Shown piece by piece: positions 1 to 11,953 of a DNA stretch of 64,000 nt. Origin of the DNA: Vicinamibacteria bacterium (GTDB taxonomy: Bacteria; Acidobacteriota; Vicinamibacteria; Marinacidobacterales; Marinacidobacteraceae). The stretch lies in NCBI GenBank assembly GCA_963555995.3, contig OY821641.1:2304001-2368000 (forward strand), read 5' to 3'. The notes under the pieces are model-generated. The model ran no database searches and had not been told where the DNA came from. It was given only the letters and a program-made list of their open reading frames with translations. Both the position numbers and the translations under genes were made by a program. How positions within the stretch are numbered: the first letter of the stretch is position 1; each line of letters begins with the position of its first letter.

Positions 1-1237
<1,237 letters not shown>

Positions 1238-1275
1238 GGATCGGGGCGGGGCCGCACATTCTAGGAGGGAACGCA

Positions 1276-1330
1276 GGGAGCGCCGGTCTTCAGACCGGCA
1301 CGCGCGGCGCTCCGCGCCGCGCACAGCGCA
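1276..1330 (+). repeat. REP-like palindrome, family A (GGGAGCGCCGGTCTTCAGACCGGCAC) plus second hairpin
   Basis: GCCGGTC/GACCGGC stem. Near-identical copies at 4673, 7074, 10258, 10390, 10522, 15240, 17660, 27679 and 39089. Confidence 0.85.
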
Positions 1331-1379
1331 CCGCCAACCCGCCGGAACAGCACCCGCTCGGCGGTAGATTCCCGGCCCG

Positions 1380-2183
1380 ATGGCCCAGGACTTCACCGAA
1401 ATCCCGGTCCCGCCCGCGCTCGGCCCGGACCCCATCCGCATCCACCACCCGGAGGGCGCCTTTGTTCCAACCCGCGCGAGCCGGATCGCCCTGGAGGCCA
1501 TCGCGGCACACGCCGCCCGCTTCCGGGGACGCGGGCTCGATTGGGGCAGCGGTTCCGGACTGCTCGCCATCGCCGCCGCCCGGCTCGCCGGAGTGGAGGA
1601 GGTGCTCGGGCTGGAACTGGACCCTCGCGGAGTGGCGGCGGCGCGGGAGAACGCGCGCCGGAACGGAGCGGCGGCCAAGGTCCGGTTCGTCGAATCGGAC
1701 TCCTACGACCCGGTCTCGGAGGAAGGCCGCCGGGCGCTCGCCCGGTTCCGGGGCTCGACCGATTTCATGATCGCGAACCCACCGTCATCGAGCCCGGTCG
1801 GGGACGGATTCGCGATGCGGCGGGTGGTGGTCCGGGGCGCCGTCCGCTACCTGCGGCCGGGCGGCGTGCTGCTGCTCAGCGTTTCCTCCCAGTACGGCGA
1901 GGGTCGGGTGTCCGGGCTCCTCCGCCAGGCCCCGGGATTCCGGCACGACGGAGTGGGAGCCTCCACGGACCTGGTTCCCTTCGACATGGGGCGCCTGGAT
2001 CTCAGGCGCGACGTCGAGACCTACGCCCGCGAGGAAGAGCGGGGCGGCCTCACCTACGCGTTCCGGCATCCCCGGAATCCGGAGACGCCGATGACCGCGA
2101 TCGAGGCATGGAACCACTTCCACGCAACGGGGGAGAGCCCTCTTTCCCGCTGGCAGAGCCACCTGCTGGTCTGGGAGGGGTGA
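1380..2183 (+). CDS. Class I SAM-dependent methyltransferase (PrmC/MTS-like NPP motif)
   Basis: LDWGSGSGLLAIA motif I, LELD motif II, IANPP motif IV. Confidence 0.85.
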   Translation: MAQDFTEIPVPPALGPDPIRIHHPEGAFVPTRASRIALEAIAAHAARFRGRGLDWGSGSGLLAIAAARLAGVEEVLGLELDPRGVAAARENARRNGAAAKVRFVESDSYDPVSEEGRRALARFRGSTDFMIANPPSSSPVGDGFAMRRVVVRGAVRYLRPGGVLLLSVSSQYGEGRVSGLLRQAPGFRHDGVGASTDLVPFDMGRLDLRRDVETYAREEERGGLTYAFRHPRNPETPMTAIEAWNHFHATGESPLSRWQSHLLVWEG

Positions 2184-2273
2184 GAGCGGATCGAAAACCG
2201 CCGCAGTACCGGCACCCCGCCCGGCACGAGAGTGCGGGAGCGGGACGCTGAGGCCCGGGGTGGCAGGGACCGT

Positions 2274-2424
2274 TTGGAACGCCGGCTTCAGCCGGCACAG
2301 CGGCCCGCGGGCGGTTGTCGCTACCCCGGGTGAATTGGCCCGCGCAGTCGAGCCATCCCGGCGAATGAGGTCCGTCCCGCCGCCCGCCTTCGGCGGGCTG
2401 TGCCGGCTGAAGCCGGCGTTCCAA
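2274..2424. repeat. Inverted REP doublet (REPIN-like)
   Basis: TTGGAACGCCGGCTTCAGCCGGCAC at 2274-2298 and its exact reverse complement at 2400-2424, between convergent genes. Confidence 0.85.
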
Positions 2425-2514
2425 GCCGGCGGCGCCATCACGGCTGTTGGCCACCCCCGCACGACTGCACTTTCACAGCAATCGGCCTGAGGCCGGCGCT
2501 CCGAGCCGCTGCCG

Positions 2515-4524
2515 TTATCTGCCTACGACGGCCCGGGTGGCGGCGCAGACCGCGTCTTCCGTCAAGCCGAGCCGCGCCGCGACCTCGGCGCCGGGGGCCG
2601 AGGCGCCGAAGCGATCCACGCCGACCACCGGGCCGGTGCCCACGTAGCGCTCCCAGCCGAGCGTCGCGCCCGCCTCCACCGCGACCCGCGGGACCCCGGC
2701 GGGCAGCACGCTCTCCCGGTACGCCGGACTCTGCGCCTCGAACAGCTCCCAGCACGGCAGGGAGACCACCCGGACCCCTACGCCCTCGGCATCGAGCCGC
2801 TCCGCGGCGGCGACCGCGAGCGACACCTCGGAACCGGTGGCGATGACGACCGCCCGGAGCGCCGACTCCGGGTGCCGGAGCACATAACCGCCGCACTGGA
2901 GGCCCGCGGCCCGTTCCGGGGTGGTCAGGGTCGGCACCCTCTGCCGGGTCAGGACCAGCGCCGTCGGCCCTTCGGTACGGAGCAGCGCGTGACGCCACGC
3001 CTCCACCGTCTCGTTCGCGTCGGCGGGACGCACCACGTGGAGGTTCGGCATGGCGCGGAGCGACATGAGGTGCTCGACGGGCTGGTGCGTCGGGCCGTCC
3101 TCGCCCACCCCTACCGAGTCGTGGGTCCAGACGTAGACCACCGGCAGACCCGAGAGCGCCGCCAGCCGCACCGAGGGCCGCATGTAGTCGGCGAAACAGA
3201 AGAACGTGGAGGCGAAGGTGCGGAAGCCGCCGTGGTAGGCGATGCCGTTCGCCGCCGCGCCCATCGCGTGCTCGCGGACGCCGTAGTGGAGGTTGCGGCC
3301 GTTCGCGTCGGACGCGGACTGGGAGCCGAGACCGTTCAACGCCGTCTTGGTGGAACACGAGAGGTCCGCGTCGCCGCCGAAGAACTCCGGGACCCGCGCC
3401 GCGAAAGCATTCATGGTCTTGCCGGACGCGTCCCGGGTGGCGAGCCGGTCCTCGGGGCCGAAGGCGGGAAGCCCTTCGTCCCAACCGTCCGGCAGCCCGT
3501 TCGCGAGCCGACGCTCGAACTCGGCGGCGCGTTCCGGCGTCTCGGCCCGTGCGTGGGCCAGCCTGGAGTACCAGGCGTTCCGCGCGGCCTTCCCCTGCCC
3601 GGCCCGGTCTCGGCAGCGCTCGCGAACCGCCTCCGGCACCGCGAAGGCCGCTCCCGGATCGAGCCCGAGCGCCGCCTTGGCGGCCGCCGCTTCGTCCGCG
3701 CCCAGCGGCGCTCCGTGCGCCGCCGAGGTGCCCGCCTTGGTCGGCGCGCCGTATCCGATGGTCGTGTTCACCACGATGAGCGAAGGCTGCTCCGCTTCAG
3801 CCACCGCGGCCGCGATCGCCGCATCCATCGCTTCCAGATCGCCGTTCCCGTCGGCAACGGTCTGCACGTGCCAGCCGAGCGCGGCATGGCGCGCCGCCAC
3901 GTCCTCCACCGAGAACGAGAGCGAAGCCGGTCCGTCGAGGGTGACGTCGTTCCGGTCGTAGAGCCACACGAGCCGCCCGAGCCCGAGCTGTCCGGCGAGC
4001 GAGGCCGCTTCGCACGCCACCCCCTCCATCAGGTCCCCGTCGGAAACCAGCGCGAACACCCGGTGGTCCACCAGCCCCGGGAACCGCGCCCGGAGCGCCC
4101 GCTCGGCGATGGCCATGCCCACCGAGTTCCCGGCCCCCTGCCCGAGCGGCCCGGTGGTCGCTTCGACGCCGGGAGTGGCGAAGGTCTCGGGATGTCCCGG
4201 GGTGCGGCTCTCCCACTGCCGGAAGTCCCGGAGGTCGTCGAGGCTCACCGGGTAGCCCGCGAGATGCAGCAGGGCGTAGAGCAGCATCGAGCCGTGGCCC
4301 GCCGAGAGGACGAAGCGGTCCCGGTCCGGCCAGCCGGGATCGCCCGGGCATGTGTTCAGATGGCGGCTCCAGAGTACCCAGGCCATGGGGGCCGCGCCCA
4401 TGGGCAGGCCCGGATGGCCGGAATTGGCCTTTTCGACCGCATCAATGCCGAGTCCCCGGATGGCGGAGATCGCCTGCGCATCCACCTCGTCGAACGGGCG
4501 GCGAAGCGGGGCGGGGTCGTTCAA
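2515..4524 (-). CDS. tkt: Transketolase
   Basis: [40 protein letters not shown] (TPP), [27 protein letters not shown]. Confidence 0.97.
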   Translation of the reverse strand: MNDPAPLRRPFDEVDAQAISAIRGLGIDAVEKANSGHPGLPMGAAPMAWVLWSRHLNTCPGDPGWPDRDRFVLSAGHGSMLLYALLHLAGYPVSLDDLRDFRQWESRTPGHPETFATPGVEATTGPLGQGAGNSVGMAIAERALRARFPGLVDHRVFALVSDGDLMEGVACEAASLAGQLGLGRLVWLYDRNDVTLDGPASLSFSVEDVAARHAALGWHVQTVADGNGDLEAMDAAIAAAVAEAEQPSLIVVNTTIGYGAPTKAGTSAAHGAPLGADEAAAAKAALGLDPGAAFAVPEAVRERCRDRAGQGKAARNAWYSRLAHARAETPERAAEFERRLANGLPDGWDEGLPAFGPEDRLATRDASGKTMNAFAARVPEFFGGDADLSCSTKTALNGLGSQSASDANGRNLHYGVREHAMGAAANGIAYHGGFRTFASTFFCFADYMRPSVRLAALSGLPVVYVWTHDSVGVGEDGPTHQPVEHLMSLRAMPNLHVVRPADANETVEAWRHALLRTEGPTALVLTRQRVPTLTTPERAAGLQCGGYVLRHPESALRAVVIATGSEVSLAVAAAERLDAEGVGVRVVSLPCWELFEAQSPAYRESVLPAGVPRVAVEAGATLGWERYVGTGPVVGVDRFGASAPGAEVAARLGLTEDAVCAATRAVVGR

Positions 4525-4609
4525 CGAGCGGCGGACGGTAGCACGTTCCAGGCGGGCTGTGACCCCCTGAACCCGGCAGGGGGCGGCCCGGTTTTCCCGG
4601 CGGGCGTTG

Positions 4610-5764
4610 CTACTGGTGCGCCGCCGCCGGCGCCACGCGAGGATCGCGTGTCTCGCGGCCCTCCGGGCCGCGGTGCCGGTCTGAAGACCGGCGCTCCCCG
4701 GCGTTCAAGACCTCGGCGAAGGCGCCGAGCGCCTCCTCGACGTCCTCGTCGGAGATTCCCAGGTGTGGGATGACGCGCATCGCGTTCGGCGAGGCCGGCA
4801 GCACCGCGACGCCGCGGTCGAGCAACCCTTCGGCGAGCCGGAAAGCGTTCATTCCCGGGGTCCGGAAACGGACGATGTTCGTCTCCACCCCGTCCATGTC
4901 CACCGCGATCCCGGCCAGTTCGTCCAGGCCCTCGGCCAGCCGGTGCGCCCGGCGGTGGTCCTCGGGGAGCCGCTCCCGGTGGTGTTCGAGGGCGTGAAGC
5001 GCCCCGGCCGCGACGATCCCGGCCTGGCGGAAACCACCGCCGAAGAGCTGGCGGAAGCGGCGCGCCCGCCGGATCAGGGGCGCGGGACCGGCGAGGCAGG
5101 AACCCAGCGGCGCGCCGAGCCCCTTCGAGAAACAGACGCTCACCGTGTCGAACCCCTCGGCGTAGCGGCTCTCGGGGATCCCGGTGGCCGCGGTGGCGTG
5201 CCAGAGGCGCGCCCCGTCGAGGTGGGTGCCCAGTCCGAGCCCGCGCGCAGTGTGCGCGACGTCCTGCAGGACATCGAGCGGCCAGACCGCGCCGCCCGCG
5301 CCGTTGTGGGTGTTCTCGGCAGCGAGCAGCCGGGCCACCGGATAGCAGGCGTCCGGAACCATGGGGTGCGGGGTTCGCACTGCGGCCCGGACCTGCCCGG
5401 ACGAGAAGACCCCGCGGTCGCCCTCGAGTCCCACGACGGTCGCCCCGGACAGCGCGGCGGGACCGCCGCTCTCCACGAGGTAGGCGTGGGCTCGCCGTTC
5501 GGCGAGGACCAGGTCCCCCGGCTCGGTCTGGCAGCGGATGGCGATCTGGTTGCTCATCGTGCCGGTGGGGGTGAAGACCGCGGCGTCCTTGCCGAGGACC
5601 GCGGCGGTGCGCTCCTCGAGACGGCGGACCGAGGGGTCGTCGCCGTACACGTCGTCACCGACCTCGGCGGCGGCCATGGCGGCCCGCATCTCGTCGGTGG
5701 GAAGCGAGACGGTGTCGCTGCGGAGGTCAATCCGGACCGGGCGTCCGGCGGCGGTCTGGGGCAT
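4610..5764 (-). CDS. ltaE: Low-specificity L-threonine aldolase (PLP); C-terminal tail is REP-derived
   Basis: [47 protein letters not shown]. Confidence 0.93.
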   Translation of the reverse strand: MPQTAAGRPVRIDLRSDTVSLPTDEMRAAMAAAEVGDDVYGDDPSVRRLEERTAAVLGKDAAVFTPTGTMSNQIAIRCQTEPGDLVLAERRAHAYLVESGGPAALSGATVVGLEGDRGVFSSGQVRAAVRTPHPMVPDACYPVARLLAAENTHNGAGGAVWPLDVLQDVAHTARGLGLGTHLDGARLWHATAATGIPESRYAEGFDTVSVCFSKGLGAPLGSCLAGPAPLIRRARRFRQLFGGGFRQAGIVAAGALHALEHHRERLPEDHRRAHRLAEGLDELAGIAVDMDGVETNIVRFRTPGMNAFRLAEGLLDRGVAVLPASPNAMRVIPHLGISDEDVEEALGAFAEVLNAGERRSSDRHRGPEGRETRDPRVAPAAAHQ

Positions 5765-5796
5765 TCGGTTTCCTCTCGCGGCTGCTCGCGGCGTGG

Positions 5797-6864
5797 TCAG
5801 CGGGTGATGCGGCGGAGGGGAGCGAGGCGGCGCCGCACCGCGTCGCCGAGATCCCGGGACTCGACCAGCGCCCAGAGGCGATCCACGAACTCGCGATCCG
5901 CGAACCCGGCGGGGGAGCCGCCGCTCTCGGGGGTCGAAAGCCCGAACTCCTCCCGGCAGGCGTCCACCGCACCGGCGAGGTCCGCGTCGAAGATGCGGAG
6001 GGCGGGGTCCCCGAGGTCCCCGTCGTCGCCGACCAGGCTGGTATCCGCCGCGCAGCCGCCTTCCGAGATCAGGACCCGGAGCTGCACGACGTCGCTGCCG
6101 GCGAACATGGTGAGCGTGCGGTAGCCGAGCTTCTGGCTCACCGCGTCGTGGATGCGCCGGAGCTCGGCGACCGGCGTCGCGTGCTCACAGACGTTGATGT
6201 GCGTGGAGATTCCGTCATCGCGCCGCGACCCGCCCTCGCGGGGATCCGCCACCAGGACCCCCGCCGACTGGCGCCGGCCGCGGCGGGCGTCGCCGCCGGC
6301 CGCCTGGCCGGCCTCGAGGGCGGAGATCAGGCGGTCCGCGAGGGAGAGTCCGCTGCCGCGCGTGGCTTCGAAGTCCTCGGCCACCGCGTCCACCACCTCG
6401 GGCCCGACGAGCAGGTTCCCCTGCGCCGCGTAGTCCGGCCCGGACCGGTGTCCGGCCCAGGTGCGCGCCTCGGAGCCGGTGTGCTGGGCCACCCCGCCGG
6501 TCAGGCCGACCACGCCGACCTGGCGGTAGGGAGCGCCCTCGTCCTCGGCGAGGCGCTCACGAAGAGCTTCCTCGGCGGACATCCCGGCGGCCAGCCGGCT
6601 GAGGAGTTCCTCGCCGTACTGGGTGCGGGTCCGCGCCTGGGTGGCGACGGCGCCCACGCCGACCCGCACCCAGGGGACCCCGTTCGCGACGCAGGGGTTC
6701 CTGGTGGTGACCGCGACGCCGGACTCGCCGGTCTCGGGGTCGACGGCCGCGATGGAGAACGTGTGGAAGGTGGTTTCTCCGGGAGGGAGTTCTTCCTGGG
6801 CGCCGGCCGGAGGGACCGCGGCCAGCACGAGAACGAGCGGCGTCAGGAGCAGGATGCGAAGCAC
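5797..6864 (-). CDS. Secreted DUF1028 (Ntn-hydrolase-like) protein
   Basis: Signal peptide; [51 protein letters not shown]. Confidence 0.88.
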   Translation of the reverse strand: MLRILLLTPLVLVLAAVPPAGAQEELPPGETTFHTFSIAAVDPETGESGVAVTTRNPCVANGVPWVRVGVGAVATQARTRTQYGEELLSRLAAGMSAEEALRERLAEDEGAPYRQVGVVGLTGGVAQHTGSEARTWAGHRSGPDYAAQGNLLVGPEVVDAVAEDFEATRGSGLSLADRLISALEAGQAAGGDARRGRRQSAGVLVADPREGGSRRDDGISTHINVCEHATPVAELRRIHDAVSQKLGYRTLTMFAGSDVVQLRVLISEGGCAADTSLVGDDGDLGDPALRIFDADLAGAVDACREEFGLSTPESGGSPAGFADREFVDRLWALVESRDLGDAVRRRLAPLRRITR

Positions 6865-6951
6865 CGGGCAATCGTACTCACGGGAGTGACGCGGGCGGCC
6901 GGCGCCATCCGGGACGAGCGGCCCTGGGCCGCCTGCGGAGTTGCGGCTCGC

Positions 6952-7098
6952 GTGCCGGTCGGGAGACCGGCGTTGCAGGCCGGGTGCGTCGCCGGTGCTG
7001 TTGGGTTCGGTGCCGAGGTGGGAGCCGCCCCTTGCGGGTGGGGTTGCGACGTGCGCAGCGCGGAGCGCTGCGCGTGCCGGTCTGGAGACCGGCGTTCC
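6952..7098 (-). repeat. Two REP family A copies, one degenerate
   Basis: GTGCCGGTCGGGAGACCGGCGTTGC at 6952; GTGCCGGTCTGGAGACCGGCGTTCC at 7074 with the hairpin at 7051-7073. Confidence 0.8.
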
Positions 7099-7186
7099 AA
7101 GCCGGGGGCGTGGCGAGGGGCGCGGGGCGGAGTGCTGCGCGGGGCGGTCCGGAGGCGGGCGTTGCAGGCCGGGGGCGCTGCGCGGG

Positions 7187-8656
7187 TTAGGCGAAGAAGG
7201 TGCGTAGGCGGTTGGGGTCCGGTGGGGCGGTGAGGCGGGAGACCACCACGAGGGCGAGGGCGGAGACGAGGACGATCGCGGCGGCCGGTTCCACGCCGGT
7301 CTCGGCGATGGTCCAGCCCGGAGCGCCCGCGGACGAGACGAAGAACCAGGTCCAGAGGAGCAGGCCGCTCAGGATGCCTGCGGCGGCGCCCGCCCCGGTG
7401 CTCCGCTTCCAGTAGAGCGCGCCGACGAGCACCGGGAAGAACGTCGAAAAGCCCGAGAGCGCCCAGATCCCGAGGCTGAAGATCGTCTGGGTGGAGACGA
7501 GACTGAGGACGAACACCAGGACCAGGAACCCGGCCACGAAGATCCGGCCGAGCAGGGCCTGGCGACCCCGGCTCCACGCCGCGAACCGCGGCACGCGGGC
7601 GGCGGCGTTCTTCGTGAGCATGGTTCCCACGGCCAGGGTCTGGGAGTCGAGCGACGACATGATCGCGGCGAAGACCCCGGCCGCCAGCGCCCCGGCCAGC
7701 AGGCTCCCGGCGTGTTCGCGGATCAGCAGGATGATGACCGGCCCCGCGGCGTCGAGCGGGACGTCGAGCCGGCCGAGCGCCCCGAGGACCACCGAGGGGA
7801 ACCAGACGGCGGCGATGCAGGCCGGATAGGCCAGCACCGGCAGCCGGAACGCCTCGGCGCTCCGGGCGGACATCCAGTGGCTGAAGATGTGGGGGAAGCA
7901 CGACGTGGAGAGCGGGACGAAGAGGTAGGTCGCGATCTGGATCCAGTCCCGCGGCGACCGCGCCAGTTCGAGAAGTTCCGGGGACCGCTCCCCGAGCCGG
8001 GCCATCGCCGGTCCGAAACCGCCCATGCCGCCGGTGATCACGAGGAACGCGAGCCCGCTGACCGCGATGAAGACGAGCGTCTGGAAGGTGTTCACGATGG
8101 CGGTGCTGCGCATCCCGCCGAGGACCACGTAGAGGAGCACCACGAGGCACATCACCAGGCTGCCCGCCCACGGCGGGATCGCGGCGTCGGTGTCCACGAT
8201 GGCGGCGAGCGCGTCGCCGCCGCCCTTGACCCCGATCAGCACGTAGGGCACGAGCCAGAGGAGCGAGGCCCCCAGCACCAGCACCCCCAGCGCCGGGGAG
8301 CCGTAGCGGGCCTCGAAGAACTCCGCCTGGGTGGCGAATCCGTGGCGTTTCCCGAGCCGCCAGAGGGGCACCCCGATGACGAGGAAGGTCATCGGGATGA
8401 CGATGGCGGAGCTGGTCGCCATCAGGGCGAACACCCGGACGCCCTGGCGGTAGGCCTCCCCCGAGGCGCCCAGGATGGTGAAGGCCGTCATGTTCGTGCC
8501 GAAGAGCGTCATCAGCAGCACGAAGGGGCCGATGGAGCGGCCGGCGAGGAAGTACCCCTCCCCCGCCCGGTCGGGAGCCCCGCCCGCGCCGAGCCGGGCG
8601 GCCACCCCGATGCCGACGACGGCGACGAGATAGAGAACGACGACCGCGAGCGTCAC
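7187..8656 (-). CDS. Sodium:solute symporter (SSS/PanF-PutP family)
   Basis: YFLAGRSIGP, GGMRSTAIVNTFQ, GVFAAIMSSLDSQ, GALYWKR; many TM segments. GTG start at 8656 inferred. Confidence 0.92.
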   Translation of the reverse strand: MTLAVVVLYLVAVVGIGVAARLGAGGAPDRAGEGYFLAGRSIGPFVLLMTLFGTNMTAFTILGASGEAYRQGVRVFALMATSSAIVIPMTFLVIGVPLWRLGKRHGFATQAEFFEARYGSPALGVLVLGASLLWLVPYVLIGVKGGGDALAAIVDTDAAIPPWAGSLVMCLVVLLYVVLGGMRSTAIVNTFQTLVFIAVSGLAFLVITGGMGGFGPAMARLGERSPELLELARSPRDWIQIATYLFVPLSTSCFPHIFSHWMSARSAEAFRLPVLAYPACIAAVWFPSVVLGALGRLDVPLDAAGPVIILLIREHAGSLLAGALAAGVFAAIMSSLDSQTLAVGTMLTKNAAARVPRFAAWSRGRQALLGRIFVAGFLVLVFVLSLVSTQTIFSLGIWALSGFSTFFPVLVGALYWKRSTGAGAAAGILSGLLLWTWFFVSSAGAPGWTIAETGVEPAAAIVLVSALALVVVSRLTAPPDPNRLRTFFA

Positions 8657-8667
8657 GGCGGGCGGCC

Positions 8668-8895
8668 CTACCGCTCCGGTTCCGCCCCGGGTCGGGGGGC
8701 GTGCCGTGCGGACGGGAGGAGCGTCCGCACCGCGAACCACAGGCTCAGCGTGGACGCCCCCACGACCAGCAACTCCAGCACCAGCCCGAAGGGCGCGCCG
8801 AGAAGGTGCGGTTCGGACGGCGCCAGGGCGACCAGCAGGCGCAGGCCGACGAGGGCGGCCACCGCGGCGGCCAGCCGGCTACGGCCCGTGGCCAC
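8668..8895 (-). CDS. Small 2-TM membrane protein, SSS partner (DUF3311/DUF997-like)
   Basis: 75 aa hydrophobic ORF (LLGAPFGLVLELLVV) directly upstream of the SSS gene, a typical pairing. Confidence 0.6.
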   Translation of the reverse strand: MATGRSRLAAAVAALVGLRLLVALAPSEPHLLGAPFGLVLELLVVGASTLSLWFAVRTLLPSARHAPRPGAEPER

Positions 8896-8902
8896 GGATC
8901 CG

Positions 8903-10069
8903 CTATCGGGCCCGAAGCTGGTGCGTCCGCTTGAAGTTGAGCCGGATGCCGACGACGCCCGAGAAGTTGTCCTGCGGGGAGGCGATGTGGCGGGCGAACA
9001 GCCGGAATTCGGCGAACGCCTGCGCCCGGCCGGCGCCGGTGTAGTTCGGCAGGTTGAACCCGGCGGTGGCGAAGACGCCGCCGTCCAGGATGTCGTTGTC
9101 ACCGATGCCCCAGAGCCCGGCGCCGCCGCCGAAGAACCCGCCGGGGGTCTGCCGGGTGATCATCACGTCCAGCGACGATCCGGTCCAGTAGTTGTGGGCG
9201 AATCCGCCGCCGCCGCGGATGGTGAGGGCGTTCGTGCGGTCGGCCCCCGCCCGGTGGGGCACGGTGAGCCCGACCCCGGCGCCGCTCAGCCAAGTGGCCT
9301 CCGGCGTGGGAACGATGTCGGTGCGCTCGCTCTTCCAGGTTCCGGTCGCGAGGTCGGCGATCGGCCAGTAACGCGGGTGGAGAGCGTCCACCCCCAGGTC
9401 GGCGCTGCTGCAGGTCGCCGCCACGCCCCGGTCGTCGTGAACCGTCAGGGTCGCCTCGTAGTTCCCGTCCCCCGGGAGGACGAACGTCCGCTCGCACTGG
9501 TCGCTGGCGTCCATGGTCGAGATCTGCACCCCGTCCTGCAGGACGGTGATGTAGCGGGTCGCGATGTCGCCGGTCACCGCGGTGGCGCCGCAACTGTCCG
9601 CCACCAACGCCGCCTCCAGGTAGTGGGTCGCCTGCTCGGGCGCGCGGATCGTCAGGGAACAGGTCGGCGCGCCTTCCTCCACCGAGACGGTGGCGCCCGC
9701 CGACTGGGGCGCGCCCACGCCGCTCACCGTGGCTTCCGCCCGCCAGGTCCCGGCCGCGTCCAGTTGGCCGGTCCACGAGGAGCGTTTTCCGTCGCGGGCC
9801 ATCGCCAGGGTCTCGGTGGCGCCGGAGGGCGAGGTGAGGGTGACGTTCAGCCGCGCTCCCTGTTCGAGTCGAACGTCCACCGTGATCCGGGCGGCGGAGA
9901 ACGCGTACTCGCCGGACGCCACGAAGTGGATGACCGGCGGATCCTGGGGCAGTTGCGCCGCGGGGGCGGAAGCCGCGAACCCCGGCGAGACGGCCGCCAG
10001 CGCGAGCGCGAGCGCCCCGGCGAGTGATCTCGCCGGACGAAGAACGAGACGTTGCGCAGGATGGATCAT
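8903..10069 (-). CDS. Hypothetical exported protein with Ig/PKD-like segments and beta-rich C-terminus
   Basis: Signal peptide, GNYEATLTVHDDRG (PKD-like), amphipathic strands ending VGIRLNF. Confidence 0.7.
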   Translation of the reverse strand: MIHPAQRLVLRPARSLAGALALALAAVSPGFAASAPAAQLPQDPPVIHFVASGEYAFSAARITVDVRLEQGARLNVTLTSPSGATETLAMARDGKRSSWTGQLDAAGTWRAEATVSGVGAPQSAGATVSVEEGAPTCSLTIRAPEQATHYLEAALVADSCGATAVTGDIATRYITVLQDGVQISTMDASDQCERTFVLPGDGNYEATLTVHDDRGVAATCSSADLGVDALHPRYWPIADLATGTWKSERTDIVPTPEATWLSGAGVGLTVPHRAGADRTNALTIRGGGGFAHNYWTGSSLDVMITRQTPGGFFGGGAGLWGIGDNDILDGGVFATAGFNLPNYTGAGRAQAFAEFRLFARHIASPQDNFSGVVGIRLNFKRTHQLRAR

Positions 10070-10256
10070 TTTCTTCCTTCGGCCTCCTCGGCCTCGACAG
10101 CGACAGAAAGCGGGCGCCGGCAGGGACCCGGATGCCCACCCGCCGGGCGCAACGCGAAGCCTAGCAGCCGGTGGACAAACTCACGCGGCATTCGAACGCC
10201 GATGCATCCCGCCTGAACCGCGCCTCTTCGCGGCAAAATTGCAATGGGAGCACCAA

Positions 10257-10623
10257 TGGGAGCGCCGGTCTTCAGACCGGCACAGCGGGCCAAAGGCCCG
10301 CGGACGTCGTACCGCTGCTTGCGACGACGGACCAGAAGTCGAACACCATCACGCGAGGCCCCGTCCTGCCGTGCGCCGGGAGCGCCGGTGGGAGCGCCGG
10401 TCTTCAGACCGGCACAGCGGGCCAAAGGCCCGCGGACGTCGCACCGCTGCTTGCGACGACGGACCAGAAGTCGAACACCATCACGCGAGGCCCCGTCCTG
10501 CCGTGCGCCGGGAGCGCCGGTGGGAGCGCCGGTCTTCAGACCGGCACAGCGGGCCAAAGGCCCGCGGACGTCGCACCGCTGCTTGCGACGACGGACCAGA
10601 AGTCGAACACCATCACGCGAGGC
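10257..10623 (+). repeat. 132-bp tandem repeat, about 2.8 copies, each starting with a family A REP
   Basis: Units start at 10258, 10390 and 10522 and are nearly identical. Confidence 0.95.
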
Positions 10624-10837
10624 GTCGTGCCATGCGCTGCGCTTTCGAGCGGCGCATGCCGGCCGGAAGGCCCCCCACCGGGAGGACTGGCCGGCGCTCC
10701 CGGCCGGCGGCGCAACTTCGCCGGTCCGCCTTTCGCCCGGACCGCAGTTTCACAGCAACCGGGCCGGTCGGAAGACCGGCGCGCCGGACCGGCTTCCGGC
10801 TGATAGAATTTCCGGCCGTTTGAGTTCGGAACCGGAT

Positions 10838-11953
10838 ATGCGCCCCGCACGTGGCGGGATACGACTTCACCTCGAAGACGGCGCCGGGTTTTCGGGGACC
10901 TCCTTCGGCGCGGCCCTCGACCGGCCGGTGGCCGGGGAAGTCGTGTTCAACACCGGCATGGCGGGGTACGTGGAGACCCTCACCGACCCCTCCTACCGGG
11001 GACAGATCCTGGTGCTGACCTATCCGCTCCAAGGGAACTACGGCGTTCCCCCGGCGCGGCCCGCCGGCTCCATCGAGGGCCCGTTCGAGTCCGGACGGAT
11101 CCAGGTCCAGGGTCTGGTGGTGCAGCACCACGAACCGCAGTACAGCCACCACGCCGGGGTCCGGTCGCTCGGCGCCTGGCTGGCGGCCGAAGGGGTGCCC
11201 GGCATCGAGGGGGTGGACACCCGCGCCCTCACCATGCGCCTCCGGGAAGCCGGGACGATGCAGGGGGTGCTCTGCCGGGCTGGCGTCGCTGTTTCGGATG
11301 CCCGCGAGCGGGCTTCCGCCGTCGAAATGCGCCGGCAGGTCTTCGAACAGGTGGTCCCCGGCGCCCCGGCCGACTACGGCCCCGAGGACGGACCGCGGGT
11401 GCTGCTGGTGGACGTGGGCGCCAAGGACAACATCGTCCGCTCGCTCCTCTCGCGGGGCGCCCGGGTCCACCGGGTCTCGGGGCTGGAACCGTTCGCCGAG
11501 GCCGCGCGTTCCGCCGCCGGGATCATGCTCGGGAACGGCCCCGGCGACCCCGGCGACCTGTTGGAGCTCGCCCGCGAGCTCCGCTCGGTCATGGAGTGGT
11601 TCCGGGGGCCGATCTTCGGGGTCTGCCTCGGCAACCAGTTGCTCGCGATGGCCGCCGGAGCGCGGACCTTCAAGCTGCCCTACGGGCACCGCAGCGTGAA
11701 CCAGCCGGTGCGGGACCTGGTCAGCGGCCGCTCCTTCATCACCAGCCAGAACCACGGCTACGCGGTGGACGAAGACAGTCTGCCTGCCGGTTGGGAACCG
11801 TGGTTCCAGAACCTGAACGACGGCACCAACGAGGGCATCCGCTCGCTCGACCGGCCGTTCCGGAGCATCCAGTTCCACCCCGAGGCCCATCCCGGGCCGG
11901 AAGACACCGCCTACCTGTTCGACGCCTTCGTCGAGGAATGCGCCGGACCGTGA
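10838..11953 (+). CDS. carA: Carbamoyl-phosphate synthase small subunit
   Basis: GEVVFNTGM, LTDPSYRGQIL, GNGPGDP, FGVCLGNQL, TSQNHGYAVD, QFHPEAHPGP. ATG at 10838. Confidence 0.96.
   Translation: MRPARGGIRLHLEDGAGFSGTSFGAALDRPVAGEVVFNTGMAGYVETLTDPSYRGQILVLTYPLQGNYGVPPARPAGSIEGPFESGRIQVQGLVVQHHEPQYSHHAGVRSLGAWLAAEGVPGIEGVDTRALTMRLREAGTMQGVLCRAGVAVSDARERASAVEMRRQVFEQVVPGAPADYGPEDGPRVLLVDVGAKDNIVRSLLSRGARVHRVSGLEPFAEAARSAAGIMLGNGPGDPGDLLELARELRSVMEWFRGPIFGVCLGNQLLAMAAGARTFKLPYGHRSVNQPVRDLVSGRSFITSQNHGYAVDEDSLPAGWEPWFQNLNDGTNEGIRSLDRPFRSIQFHPEAHPGPEDTAYLFDAFVEECAGP

Noticed and set aside
10257-10623. CRISPR array, or a coding 44-aa repeat extending CarA (ORF 10244..11953)
   Set aside because: The inter-palindrome segments are identical rather than unique. 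Open frames follow from high GC and a period divisible by 3. CarA homology starts at 10838.
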